IMG/VR virus record: IMGVR_UViG_3300008114_000042
Coordinates: 1 to 64,000 of that record
Direction: 5' to 3' (one strand)
DNA from: a virus
Length of the DNA stretch: 64,000 nucleotides
How positions within the stretch are numbered: position 1 is the first letter of the stretch; every line of letters begins with the position of its first letter. Below, in pieces: positions 63,782-64,000 of the stretch. A program made the position numbers and the translations under genes. A model generated the notes under the pieces. It was not told the DNA's origin, ran no database searches, and was given only the letters and a program-made list of their open reading frames with translations.

Positions 63782-64000
63782 ATGGAAGAACGCAGAGTAG
63801 CGCATAGGCGTAAGTGGTCATCCCCCGAACGCCGGGTAAGGTTAGGAAGTCGTCAGCATCCAGTAATAGCAACCATTATTACGACTGCTGTTGCTTCTGC
63901 CGTTGTCGTGGGTATTGCCTATGCTGGGGCCAACATCGACAGCATCCTCAAAGGAACGCCCTACGAGGCCGCTGGCTGGTGTTCAAATAACCCCGTATCA
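63782..64000 (+). CDS. membrane protein, truncated by the window edge
   Basis: AAGGAG RBS; hydrophobic VIATIITTAVASAVVVGIAYAG; open to the edge. Confidence 0.55.
   Translation, partial: MEERRVAHRRKWSSPERRVRLGSRQHPVIATIITTAVASAVVVGIAYAGANIDSILKGTPYEAAGWCSNNPVS

Overview
A 64-kb piece of a large lytic tailed dsDNA phage (siphovirus-like, about 50% GC by eye). All credible genes are on the + strand. WhiB, a Cas4-like exonuclease, DnaE, class II RNR and an Rpf-like protein suggest an actinobacterial host; the gene order resembles, from memory, large Streptomyces/Microbacteriaceae phages. Order: tail-fibre/accessory genes (1-2.8 kb); NrdJ with a class 3 intein flanked by two HNH-like genes (2.8-7.1 kb); virion morphogenesis (7.2-35.8 kb: portal, protease/scaffold, capsid, neck, major tail, -1 frameshifted chaperones, 2615-aa tape measure, minor tail); replication and recombination (35.8-49 kb: DnaB, primase, SSB, DnaE, MazG-like, RecA, resolvase, Cas4-like, broken RuvC); terminase (52-54 kb); then small accessory genes with a tRNA/structured-RNA cluster (58.4-60.4 kb). 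Most unusual: (i) two D-arm-less tRNA-like RNAs with UAU and CAU anticodons plus other non-canonical tRNAs; (ii) compact H-type pseudoknots directly 5' of two non-canonical tRNAs, and an ACCA-ending rod-shaped RNA; (iii) a Pro-initiated class 3 intein at an RNR catalytic Cys; (iv) internal deletions that break ruvC, an HTH-type gene and an HNH, plus translationally coupled mini-ORFs; (v) a Cys-rich tip on a fibre-like protein followed by two Cys-motif proteins; (vi) widespread TGGTATAAT promoters, many apparently leaderless. All calls are from reading the sequence; no searches or folding programs were run.
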